Source: a virus
Strand: one strand, 5' to 3'
Length of the DNA: 64,000 nucleotides
Virus record (IMG/VR): IMGVR_UViG_3300025276_000024
Span: 50,830-114,829 of that record
Shown here piece after piece: positions 1 through 10,900 of the stretch. Position numbers and translations under genes: made by a program. The notes under the pieces were generated by a model. It made no database searches. It had not been told where the DNA came from and saw nothing but the letters and a program-made list of their open reading frames with translations. Position 1 is the first letter of the stretch. Each line of letters opens with the position of its first letter.

Positions 1-1
1 C

Positions 2-1519
2 CCTGATGAAACTCAACAAAAAGATTTATTGGGTAATATTATACAAACAGAAACTGAAAAGCAAATCAATAAGGCAAATGCACCAAGTGGATTATCAGAT
101 GTTTCTGCTAAATTAATAGAACAATGGAAAGCTGGTTCTGCTGCTACAAAAGCATATATTGAAAGTATATTAAAACAACAGGGAAAAACTATACCAGCTG
201 AAGAAGAAGTTGAAGAAGAAGTTGAAGTAGAGGTAGAAAAAGAAGAAGTATTAAGAAATGGTGGTTCATTACCAAGAGCTCAGTATAGTTTTCCAGATGG
301 TCCAGGTAGCTATGATGGTAGCTATGGTGGTGGTAAATATACTTTTCCGGATGGGTTTGACTCTAGCACAATGGACTTTAGTAATTACTTTAAACAATTT
401 CAAACAACTGATTATAATAGAGATACTCGTAATGCAGCAGATGCTGTTTTACAATCAGCAAATCCTACATTAGGGCCTACTCCACTACAACAGCAAACCA
501 ATCAAATGATGCAGAACTTAGCATCAGGACCACAAAATGTTAGCACTAAGGCAAAAGAAGAAAAAGGATTAGTAGAAGAAGTAAAACCTGAAACTGCAGA
601 AGATCTTTACAAAAAAATAGATCAAGGAAGTTTAGATGTAAACTATGGTGGTGTTGGTGGATTTATTGATAGAGTTAAAAATGGCAAAGTTGCAACAGCT
701 TTTGGAGATGTAAGTGATTTTCTTGTAAAAGGTGCAGGTGTAGTTAATGATTATTTTGATGAAGTAGAGCAAGAAGAAGCTATGCAAGATATGAGAGTTG
801 GTTTGTCTGCTGATAATATATATGGAACTAAGACAGATGCATTTAATAAAAGAGGTACCTTTGATATTAATACTGGGATAATGGGTAGTGAAGGTGATGC
901 TACTACAGGATTATATATGAGCAAAAAAGGTGGGGGTGTTAATAACCCAGGCTTTAAAGCATTGCCACCAGAAGCGCAACATAACATACTTAAGTTTATG
1001 CAAAATGCAGGTGAGATAGTTGAAGTTCCTGCCGAGGAAGAGCAATTAACTGTAGCACAAGATACGTTACAACCACTGCCAAAAGAATTTAGAGAAAGTG
1101 AACTAGGAAAACAACTTTATAATTTAAGTCAACCATCACAAGAAGAAGTAATGTCTGTATGGGATCAAGCTAAAAATATTGATTCAATAGGTACCGGTTT
1201 AGATTTCTTTTCAGAAGTATCTAAAAAAGATTTACAACGCCTTTTACAAGAAGCTCAAATAGAAAAGCAAGATGTAAGAGATTATGTTTATGATCAACCT
1301 TTTTATCAAGATGCTAGTGGAGTAAGTAAATTTGGAATTAGATCAGCAATGAAAATTAAAGGATTAAAAAAAGGGGGAGAAGCTGCGTACTTAGCAAATA
1401 GAGATAGAGTTATAAAAAGAGAAATGGCTAAAGCACAAGGTGGTGGTGAAATAGTACAAGTAGATTCAAGAATGTTGGCAAAATTAATTGCAGCTGGAGC
1501 TGACATAGAAAAATTATAA
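2..1519 (+). CDS. Virion-associated/cargo protein, 5'-truncated at window edge
   Basis: Frame is open from position 2 upstream of the TTG at 29; Cys-free, acidic; repeated xxGG motifs (LRNGG, SKKGG, LKKGG, AQGGG); first gene of the giant-protein block. Confidence 0.6.
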   Translation, partial: PDETQQKDLLGNIIQTETEKQINKANAPSGLSDVSAKLIEQWKAGSAATKAYIESILKQQGKTIPAEEEVEEEVEVEVEKEEVLRNGGSLPRAQYSFPDGPGSYDGSYGGGKYTFPDGFDSSTMDFSNYFKQFQTTDYNRDTRNAADAVLQSANPTLGPTPLQQQTNQMMQNLASGPQNVSTKAKEEKGLVEEVKPETAEDLYKKIDQGSLDVNYGGVGGFIDRVKNGKVATAFGDVSDFLVKGAGVVNDYFDEVEQEEAMQDMRVGLSADNIYGTKTDAFNKRGTFDINTGIMGSEGDATTGLYMSKKGGGVNNPGFKALPPEAQHNILKFMQNAGEIVEVPAEEEQLTVAQDTLQPLPKEFRESELGKQLYNLSQPSQEEVMSVWDQAKNIDSIGTGLDFFSEVSKKDLQRLLQEAQIEKQDVRDYVYDQPFYQDASGVSKFGIRSAMKIKGLKKGGEAAYLANRDRVIKREMAKAQGGGEIVQVDSRMLAKLIAAGADIEKL

Positions 1520-1521
1520 TT

Positions 1522-4515
1522 ATGGCAAAAATTAAAATAAATAAATTACCACAAGGTTTTAGTATCCGTAATGGAAATGTTGTAGAAGACAATACTATGA
1601 AAGATGGTGGAATGACTACAGGTGATCAAGCTGATTATGGTTTGGTTACAACTCCACAGGCATACTATGGTGAGACTAATTTTAACAATTCACAAGATGA
1701 ATCAGTTAGATACAGTTTATCAAGTGTACCTAGAGAAGATGCAAATATAGAAGCAGAAGGTGGAGAAACAGTATTAACTGATTTGAATAATGATGGTACA
1801 TTTGGTTTATATGACATACAAGGTCCTAGGCATGGAAGTGGTGGTGTTCCAATGTTTTTGCCTGATCAATCATTTATTTTTTCTGATACTAGAAAACTAA
1901 AGTTTACTAAAGATGAAATGAATGAGTTTAATGTAGGAGGTAGTAAGAAAACCCCTGCTAAAATATCTAAGAAATTTGGACTGCAAGATTATTATGCTGA
2001 ATTAGATTCACAATATGCTGATAACATATCTGCAACAAGTGCAGAGTTAATGTTAAAGAAAAACATGAATGATTTATCTAAATTAGCATTTGTACAAGAA
2101 GCTAAAAAAGATTTTTCTGATGGTGTACCTTTAGCATCACATCCTTATTTAGTTTCTATAGGGGAAGACCCAATAGAGTTTACAGCTAAAGTAGAAGAAA
2201 TATCAAGGAAAGAAGCAGAGGCCAAAGCACTAGCAGCATTACCCATTGAGCAACAGCAACAGATAATGATGATGCAACAAATGATGGCTCAACAAGAACA
2301 ACAACAGGGTATGCAACCACAAGGTATGCAACAGCAAATGCCACAACAAGGTATGCCTTCACCTATGGAAGAATTTATGCCTCAAGTAGGTGAGCCAGGT
2401 TTAGCTATGGAAAACAATGCTATGTTAGGAACTGCAATGTTTGGTTCTGAGTTAGGAGATTTCTTAACTAAAGCACAAGGGGGTGAGGAAATAGTATATG
2501 AGACAGTAGATACTGGAGATACTAATGATGGAGGTGTAACAACAGTTAATGATGGGTTTGGTTCATATTACGTACCTCCAACTAGTGCCGCTGAAGAAGG
2601 TAAGTATTATCTAAATAAAAACACTGGTCAAGGTTATCAATTTACAAATGGAAAGTATGTTGAAGTAGAACAGGTTACTCTTGATAGTGACAATAAAGTA
2701 GTCAGACCTCAAGTAGAAGTAGAAGAAACTTCTGAGGAAGTTGCATCAGGACCCACTAATGACGTTGCTGTGGAAGCTGTAACAACAGATAAAACTGTAG
2801 AGGCTACTGATAAACAAGTAGAAACTGTTGTTGATTCTGGGGGTAACAAAAACCCTTATAAAGCAGGAAGTGAAAAAGCTATAAAGTTTGATAAATTTAT
2901 TGCTGATGGATATACTCCTACTATAGTAAAAGATGGTAAGAAGAGTAAAATATCTTTTGTACGTGAGGCAAAAGATGGTAGAACAATAAAAGGAGCTACT
3001 GAGGTTCAGGTATTTGATCAAGATAAAATAAAGGGTGCAGGTGGTTTAGGTGATACATATACTCCTGATATTAGAGCTCAAGAAGAATTAAATAATGATC
3101 CTGATGTTGGTGATGTAGCTACATTTATATCTGGTAAGTTTTCTGGTAATAAATTACCTGACACACAATCAAGGAATACTGATGGTTTTGGATATGGTTC
3201 AGATATGTTTTCTAGTGAAGAATCTGAAGAAGATTTTTATTACAGAAATCAGACTGTTATAGATGAATTAAAAGCAGATGGTGTTGACTTCCAGTTTAAC
3301 ATGGATATGAAAGATCCAAACTATGATGCAAATTGGAGAGGCTTTCAAAACAAGTATGAAGAGAAAAGAAAAGAATACTTTGAGAAAAAAAATGTTCAAT
3401 ATATACCATACTTCTTTACAGATGAAGTATTACAAGAAAGACTTAAAAATGATCCTGATACTTATGATACAGATGGAGATGGTAAGTTAGATAAAGAATG
3501 GAAAAAAAGAAGGTTTGATGGTAAGAGAGGTGGTTATACTGTAAATGCTCCTGGGTTTGATATGAATTATCAAGCAAGAGATGAGCAGTTTATGGAACTT
3601 GATGAAGAACCACCAGAAACCAAAATACCACCAGTAGTCAAACCACCACCAAAAAAAGAATGGTGGAAACAAGATCAAAATAATATTCAAGCTTTAAATA
3701 ATATTGATGATGAATTGTACCTGCCTTGGGCACCACAATTAGAAGATCAAAAAATTGATTATGTTTTGGATGATTATACAGGCCGTGTTAATGCTAACCT
3801 TGCAAGTCAAAATACTATGGCTCAAGCATTAGGGGCATATGGTCCACAAGCTATTGCAAGAAGTAATATTCAAGGAAAAACTTTAGATGCTAATGCAAAA
3901 GCTATAAATCAAGTAAATCAAAACAATGTTAAAACAATGAATAGAGTAGCAACTATGCAACCTCAACTTGATATGAAAGTTGATATGGCAAACAATGCTA
4001 CAAATAAACAACTGTATGATGATACTACAGTAGCTCTTCAAAATGCTAATAACTTTGATAATTGGAAGACTGGTAAAATGAATGATTTATATAATGCTGG
4101 AATAACCAATGCAGCAAATACTTATAATATGAATCAGCTATATGATTATTATAATGTAAATACACTAAAAGGTGGGGATGTTGAATTTGGCCCTAATGGT
4201 AAAAAATTAATGAAAGATTCTTCTGGTAACTCAGCTCAGCAAAATATTGAGAATTACCAAGAGCTCCAAAAACTAATGGGTAAAGATGAAAAAGGTAATC
4301 AACAGCAAGTTCCTGAATGGTTATTTAATCAAACTTATGGTACTACTCCACCAAATGCAAGTAGAACAAATGGTCAAAATGAATTATTAAATAATTCAGG
4401 AGTAACTGGATATGACGCAGCTGGTAATAAAGTTGGTGGAGCAAGAAAAGGAAAAGAAATAAAGAAGTTATCAAAGTGGGCAGTACCTTTTTACAGTGGT
4501 AAAATGGGATTATAA
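1522..4515 (+). CDS. crAss-like structural/cargo protein (997 aa) with N-terminal EAEGGE...GPxHxxGGV domain
   Basis: NIEAEGGETVL...GPRHGSGGVPMFLPDQSFIFSD resembles a conserved domain of crAss-like virion proteins; Q/M-rich low-complexity tract; Cys-free. Confidence 0.6.
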   Translation: MAKIKINKLPQGFSIRNGNVVEDNTMKDGGMTTGDQADYGLVTTPQAYYGETNFNNSQDESVRYSLSSVPREDANIEAEGGETVLTDLNNDGTFGLYDIQGPRHGSGGVPMFLPDQSFIFSDTRKLKFTKDEMNEFNVGGSKKTPAKISKKFGLQDYYAELDSQYADNISATSAELMLKKNMNDLSKLAFVQEAKKDFSDGVPLASHPYLVSIGEDPIEFTAKVEEISRKEAEAKALAALPIEQQQQIMMMQQMMAQQEQQQGMQPQGMQQQMPQQGMPSPMEEFMPQVGEPGLAMENNAMLGTAMFGSELGDFLTKAQGGEEIVYETVDTGDTNDGGVTTVNDGFGSYYVPPTSAAEEGKYYLNKNTGQGYQFTNGKYVEVEQVTLDSDNKVVRPQVEVEETSEEVASGPTNDVAVEAVTTDKTVEATDKQVETVVDSGGNKNPYKAGSEKAIKFDKFIADGYTPTIVKDGKKSKISFVREAKDGRTIKGATEVQVFDQDKIKGAGGLGDTYTPDIRAQEELNNDPDVGDVATFISGKFSGNKLPDTQSRNTDGFGYGSDMFSSEESEEDFYYRNQTVIDELKADGVDFQFNMDMKDPNYDANWRGFQNKYEEKRKEYFEKKNVQYIPYFFTDEVLQERLKNDPDTYDTDGDGKLDKEWKKRRFDGKRGGYTVNAPGFDMNYQARDEQFMELDEEPPETKIPPVVKPPPKKEWWKQDQNNIQALNNIDDELYLPWAPQLEDQKIDYVLDDYTGRVNANLASQNTMAQALGAYGPQAIARSNIQGKTLDANAKAINQVNQNNVKTMNRVATMQPQLDMKVDMANNATNKQLYDDTTVALQNANNFDNWKTGKMNDLYNAGITNAANTYNMNQLYDYYNVNTLKGGDVEFGPNGKKLMKDSSGNSAQQNIENYQELQKLMGKDEKGNQQQVPEWLFNQTYGTTPPNASRTNGQNELLNNSGVTGYDAAGNKVGGARKGKEIKKLSKWAVPFYSGKMGL

Positions 4516-4574
4516 ACTTAAAGGGTTTATATAAAACACTTTGTAAACTTATATAATTATATTAATTTTACATT

Positions 4575-7500
4575 ATGGCAACATACGTTAAAGGAGTAGA
4601 AACATACTTACCAGATATTAAACCGTTTACACCGGATTATAAATTCTTGTCTGCAGTTTTAGAGACTAGAACAGATAAGTATGATAGAAACTATAAAGCT
4701 ACAAATGACTTATATAATAAAGTTGTTTATGCAGACTTAGCAAGAGAAGATACTAAAGAAAGAAGGGATCAATATGCAGAACAAATTGCTCCTAACATTG
4801 AACAAATATCAGGATTAGATTTATCATTGCAATCAAATGTTGATGCAGCTAAAGGTGTGTTTGCCCCTTTCTATGACGATGATATGACTGTAAGAGATAT
4901 GGTATATACCTCAAGGTTTAGAGACCAGAATAGGCAAGCACAGAACTTATTAAATTCTCCTGACCAAACTGTACAAGATCAGTATTGGGAAGTTGGTAAA
5001 CGAGCTATGCAATATCAAATGGATGAGTTTATTAATGCTGATCCAGATAAAGCTATGTCTATGAGGTTACCAGAGTTTGTTCCTCAAGCTAACTTATTTA
5101 AGATGAGTCAACAGTTGTTAGAAAACATGGACCCACCTCTTAAAATGAAGATGGATAGATTTGCTAAAGTTGCAAATCCTAATTTTAATCCAAATCAAGA
5201 TGTATCAAAATCAAACCCAAAAGAAATAGCAAATACTGATTGGGTTATTACTGAGCAAAATGGTTCTTTAGTAACTGGTGCTGCATTACAAACAATACGA
5301 GCAAGTTTAATTGATAATGCTGGAGTACAAAAAGCATATCAGACTGAGGCTTATGTAAAAAGTATGGACTGGGCTACACAAGCTGTAGAAAGCGGAAGTG
5401 CAGGTTCACTTGCTAATGGTCAAGAAATGTGGGCAACTGAAACTGTTAGAAGAATAGAAGCAGTAAATCAATATAAATTAAATAATGATTTAAAGAGTTT
5501 AGAAAAAGCAGAAAAAGCTGCAGTAACATGGGCAAATTATAAAGGTGGTAAAGGTCTTGTACCTGGTAGTCAATTAGATAACTTAGATAAAGAACAATTA
5601 TCTGATATAGAAAAATATAAATTAGATATTGAAGCTAAGAAAAGAATAGCTAATGAGGCCGTATTACCTTCTCCAACAAATCAGAACCTATTAAATAAAG
5701 CATATAGTTTATATATGCAAAGCAATATTTTAAATGATATGCAAGAGTCTGCACAATCATGGAGTGCTAGAGACTACATATATGAAATGAATCCTAATGA
5801 GTTTGCTCTTAAAGAAAAACAGTTTAAGTACAACATGGCTGAAATTTCAGCACGTAGTACTAATGCTTTTAATCAAGCAAAGTATAATGCAGATAGAAAA
5901 GATAATAATACTTTATTAGATAAAGGCTACCAATATGATGACGCAGGTAATTTGGTGAAAATGCCTTGGGCTGAAGGTGGTGGTGGAGCAAATAGTGGTT
6001 TAGGAGCTTTCCTTAATCAAGGAGGAGTAACTATTGGTGATGCTAATACAATTGAAGGAGCGGTAGATAAGGACGGAGATGTTTCTCCAAATTCAGATAT
6101 TATGGAAACAGCTAAAGCTGACCATGGTCTTCATATGCAAAATGTAGGTAGAGAGCAAATTTCTATGTTGTTAGGTTCAACGGGACAAGTGGGTATGTTA
6201 CAACAGCTTAATCCTAAAGGAAATACTGGTGATGATAATCAAAGGTTTAGAATTAATTTAGGAGGTAGAGAAGTTGTAGGTGATTTACAGGAAATAAGAA
6301 AAGAACTTTCACAACCTATGAATAGAGATGGTTCCGGTGGTTTAAAATATCTTAATGATATTAAAAACTTGTATACAGAGCAACAACTTCTTTTTAATGA
6401 TACAAGACAAGTAACTAAAGATAATATAGAAACTACACAAGGTGATGCTAATCAAAGGACACAATATGATGATCTATATGATTTGATGTCAGGACCTAAT
6501 GGTACTAATATAAAAATGAAAGCTGGTGATGTATTTATAAAAGAAGCATATAAGACATATAAACAAGCCTTTGATCAAAATCAAATATTAGAAACAGCAA
6601 GAAAAGATAGTGACATAAGAGGGTTTATGGATGCAGGAATGCCAACTCTTTTTGCTGAAGGATCAAACATGCCTTACAGTCTAAAAGAATATCAAGATGC
6701 AGTTATAGAAGGAGTTAAAAACGGTACTATAAAAAACTATGATGAATGGGGATGGGATATTGGTACAAGTGAAAGAAACTATTTAATTCCACTAAGGGAA
6801 AAGGTACAAGGGAAACCAAGTACTAGTATTTCACCAACAACTGGTGTAGTTACCACATCAGATGGTTCATATATGAGAGATGTATTTGAAGCAGATGGTG
6901 TTACTCCAGTAATGACTGTAGATGTCAGAGCTATTAGAGCTGAGGCAAAACAAGTATATGATGAATTAAAGACTAATCTTAATGCTGCACTTACAGATCA
7001 AAAAGATGCTAATACAAATTCAGCTTCTTTTAATTCTATTAAGTATGGTATAGAGGGTGGATACGCAGATGTCATTAGTAATTTTACATATAACTATACT
7101 GTTAATCCGTTATCACGGGATGCTGATAGTGAAAATGAAGTTATCAATTTTGTAGGACAAATGAGAGATATGGATTCTAAAGGTTTACCATATGGAATAG
7201 GCGTAGGTAAATTAGGTAATGTAGGTGAGTTAACAGAAAAAGATCCATTAGCTATTAAGGTTAGGGATAGATTGATGAAAGATCTTCAAACTTGGATTAA
7301 TAACCCTAAGAGATCTAACACTGCAGCAATTGCTCCTATATTTAATTTAGCTTACAAGCCTGTTTTTGGTAGAGCAAAAGAAGCTAATAAAGTTCATGCT
7401 GGTTATGAAGTTGGTAATATAGATGCTTGGCTTGCATCATATGTAAAAGGCGGAGTCAATGATGAGTATGGTGTATTTTCCAGGGATGATTTAAAAAGGC

Positions 7501-7946
7501 TTAAGGGTATTGGTGATGATAATGAAGGTTCAGGTATATTTGTTGTATTTGATCAAGAGTATGATTTAAATACTAAAGCTAAAAAGAATGATTATTATTC
7601 TAGTACTGAAGTAGATATATTAAGTGGAGATGATAGTGGCTATGCTGACTACAAAGTTCCTAATGATAATGGTATAACACCAACTGCTGAGTTTAGAGTT
7701 ATTAAAAATGGTACTGGTGATTATTCAGTTCAATATTCTGTCAATACATATAATCCAAAACCTGCAGATCCAGACTTAGCAGCAAACTGGTCAGAATATA
7801 CTCAAGAGACGGGAACAGTACCTATGGACTTTAAACATGGACTACGTGGTATAGATGTACAAGTTCAAAATTATCTCTTTGAATATAGAAATACTAGAGA
7901 TAATAATCAGCGCCTAAGACAAAAAGATGAGGCTATTAATAAATAA
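4575..7946 (+). CDS. Putative virion cargo/ejection protein (1123 aa)
   Basis: Long Cys-free ORF directly upstream of the vRNAP gene; N-terminus MATYVKG...PFTPDYKFL typical of this crAss-like gene position. Confidence 0.55.
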   Translation: MATYVKGVETYLPDIKPFTPDYKFLSAVLETRTDKYDRNYKATNDLYNKVVYADLAREDTKERRDQYAEQIAPNIEQISGLDLSLQSNVDAAKGVFAPFYDDDMTVRDMVYTSRFRDQNRQAQNLLNSPDQTVQDQYWEVGKRAMQYQMDEFINADPDKAMSMRLPEFVPQANLFKMSQQLLENMDPPLKMKMDRFAKVANPNFNPNQDVSKSNPKEIANTDWVITEQNGSLVTGAALQTIRASLIDNAGVQKAYQTEAYVKSMDWATQAVESGSAGSLANGQEMWATETVRRIEAVNQYKLNNDLKSLEKAEKAAVTWANYKGGKGLVPGSQLDNLDKEQLSDIEKYKLDIEAKKRIANEAVLPSPTNQNLLNKAYSLYMQSNILNDMQESAQSWSARDYIYEMNPNEFALKEKQFKYNMAEISARSTNAFNQAKYNADRKDNNTLLDKGYQYDDAGNLVKMPWAEGGGGANSGLGAFLNQGGVTIGDANTIEGAVDKDGDVSPNSDIMETAKADHGLHMQNVGREQISMLLGSTGQVGMLQQLNPKGNTGDDNQRFRINLGGREVVGDLQEIRKELSQPMNRDGSGGLKYLNDIKNLYTEQQLLFNDTRQVTKDNIETTQGDANQRTQYDDLYDLMSGPNGTNIKMKAGDVFIKEAYKTYKQAFDQNQILETARKDSDIRGFMDAGMPTLFAEGSNMPYSLKEYQDAVIEGVKNGTIKNYDEWGWDIGTSERNYLIPLREKVQGKPSTSISPTTGVVTTSDGSYMRDVFEADGVTPVMTVDVRAIRAEAKQVYDELKTNLNAALTDQKDANTNSASFNSIKYGIEGGYADVISNFTYNYTVNPLSRDADSENEVINFVGQMRDMDSKGLPYGIGVGKLGNVGELTEKDPLAIKVRDRLMKDLQTWINNPKRSNTAAIAPIFNLAYKPVFGRAKEANKVHAGYEVGNIDAWLASYVKGGVNDEYGVFSRDDLKRLKGIGDDNEGSGIFVVFDQEYDLNTKAKKNDYYSSTEVDILSGDDSGYADYKVPNDNGITPTAEFRVIKNGTGDYSVQYSVNTYNPKPADPDLAANWSEYTQETGTVPMDFKHGLRGIDVQVQNYLFEYRNTRDNNQRLRQKDEAINK

Positions 7947-7957
7947 ATCAACATTAG

Positions 7958-10900
7958 ATGGAAAACGAATCTAAAGGCCCTTTATCAGAGGAAATAGTAT
8001 CACAACAAAGACCTGCCCCAAGTATTATACCTGAAGGGCAGTTCCGCTTTGAACCAATTGCTGATTTGTTTGAAACTCCTGAAACTAACTTTAATGATCT
8101 ATTAATGAGTGGACCATTAGCTGCTGATGAAATATCAGGTGTTAATGAATATAAAGCTGATATAGATAAGTATGGTATAAGTGCTATGGCTTCTTTAGGT
8201 GTAGGTGTTCCAAGTTTTGCAACTGATACATATAATCCAATTGCTCAGGATCAACCTGATAAGAGTACATTTTCTAAAATGCAAGAGCTTTCTACTCTGC
8301 CAAATGCACCCGTGTCTACTAATAGATTAGCTCCTGTGTTTTCAGGAATGAGACAAACTCAATTTTTGAGATATTATAATCATCCTGAATTTGATAAGTT
8401 AGGTTTTTCACCATATGCAAATATGGAGAACTTTTATAATGAGAATTCTACTATATGGGATGATATGGAAAGAATGAGAGGACAATGGTTTTCTCTAGCC
8501 GGTACTGGATTAAATTCTGTATATGGATCACTTACAAGTGGTACTGATTACCTAGAACCAGACTTAGCTTCTGCTTCAGAATTTGAAGATATAATGGCAA
8601 TCTCTTCTTCTACTAGAGGTGGAGTAGGTGGTTTCATTAATAACTTAGCTGCTAACTCTGCATACACAGGGGGTATACTTGCATCAATAGCAATTGAAGA
8701 AGTAATACTTGCAGGAGCAGCAGCATTACAAGGTGGTATGAATCCTGTTTCTGATGCAGCTCTTATAGCAAGAACCGCTAAGAATACAGTAACAGGTACA
8801 AAAGCTCTTTATAGTTTTACAAAATTATTTGAGAGAACAAGAAAGATATTACAAAAAGCTAAAGAATTAGAAACAGCAAGAGATTTTTTTACTGCTGTAA
8901 AATCAGGAGGTAAAATGTCACTTAATCTATTAGGTAAAGGATTTACACCTAATACAGTAAAGGCATTTAGAAATATTAAGACTGCTGAAAATGCTGGTCA
9001 GAATATGTCTAATCTAGCTAAGATGTCTACTAAGTTTGGTGGATTTTATAGAGACCTTAGAGCAGTTAATTTAGCAATGGCTGAATCTAAACTTGAAGCA
9101 GGAATGGTTTACAACCAGGTAATGAGACAAGGTTTAACAGAGGCATCTAATAAAAATATGGGTAAAGGACCCGGAGAAGATTTTGAAGGAGATATAGCCA
9201 ATGCAGCAAACAATGCATCATTCAAAGCTATGTTAGCTAATGCACCTTTAATTTATGCAAGTAACTGGTTTGTTATTGGTAATGCATTAGGTGGTTTTCA
9301 AAGAGGAATACAAAGAACATTAGGTAATACATTTCAAAAAGGTTTTGCTAAAAATATAGTTAATACTGCAGGTAAGAAAGTAGTAAACTCTGCTGGTGAA
9401 TTAATTAAAAGCCCATTTAAATATGTAGGCAATAGCTTTTCAAACATGTGGGGTAAGGTTAAAGCTGGTGGCTTTAAAGGTCTTACCGGTGCAGGTAGTA
9501 TAGCAATGCTTGATTATTTTGCTGCTAACGTTGCAGAAGGTATACAAGAGATTGGACAGGAAGCTATCTCAGCAGCAACTGTAGGTTACTATACTGAAAT
9601 ACTAGATAATCCTGCACAAGGAGGTATTGATTTAAGAAATCAAATGATAATGTCTGCAATGGGTGATCAGTTTTCTGCTGAAGGAGCCAATGTATTTTTA
9701 TCTGGTTTTCTTATGGGTGGATTAGTATCTGGTCCACAAAAATTATTCTTTCAAGGTGTACCTTCTATATATAATTATGGGCTTCAGCAAGCTGGTATTG
9801 GTTTAGCATCTAAGTCTCAAAAAGAAGCATACGCAGAATACAAGAAGAACAGAGAGGAAATGATTGATGAGGTTGTGAAATCTTATAATAAATCATGGGA
9901 TACTCAAGCATATGACCCTTCAGACTTATTTGATCTTACAAGAATGAACTTTATGGTTCAAAAGGAAGCAGCAGAAAGTATCAGAAAGAATGTATTTAGC
10001 CAAGACAGGTTCGGTGTTATAGATGCAAAAGATGCATCTAAATTTTCACAGTATAATTATATGTTTGCTACAGGAGGATCAGCTAATTTTAAAAATCAAT
10101 TACAAGGATTTCTAGAATTATCAGATGAAGAACTCATACAAGCATTTCCTAATGTATCTAAACAAGATAAACAATCTGGAAAGTTAAGAGAACGTATTAC
10201 TAGTATGATGACTAGTATGGATAAAATTGAAGATTCCTATAATAGGAATAAAGATAAAAATGTAAACCCATTTAATAAAAATAAGTACAATAGAAAGACT
10301 CAAGAAACAGAATATATTGCTGAAGCATTAAATCAATATGCATATGATCATGTGCGTTATTTACAAATGTTTACTGAGAACGGTTTTAACAGAGCGTTAG
10401 AAAGAGCAGATGGTATTTATTCTATATTAGAATCTGAACCATTATTTAAAGGCATGTCTGCTAATGATATAACAGTTTTACTAGACTCAGATTCAATAGA
10501 GAAAGAAATATCAATGCTTCAACAACAAATTGCAGCTACTGAAGGTGCTGACAAAGGTCTTGGAGAAAGCAATAAAACCAAAAGACAAAAAATTAAAAGG
10601 TTGACAGCAATGTATAAGATTGTTACTGACCCACAAAATAGATTTAAGAATGGAACCTTTAAAAGAAATAAACTTTTAAAAGGAAAACTAAGAAGTGAAT
10701 TTAAAAATTATGTAAGATTCATGGCATCTAGTAAAGGTGAATTTGTATCTGAAGATAAAATAGATACAGCACTTGAACAGATAGTTGATTATGGTGCTCT
10801 TAAAGGTAGAGCAAGGGTATATGATAAAGCCATTCAGTATTTACAGAATCCTGAAAAGTTTGCTGAGATACAACAAAGACAGTATGAAGTAAATAAAGTT

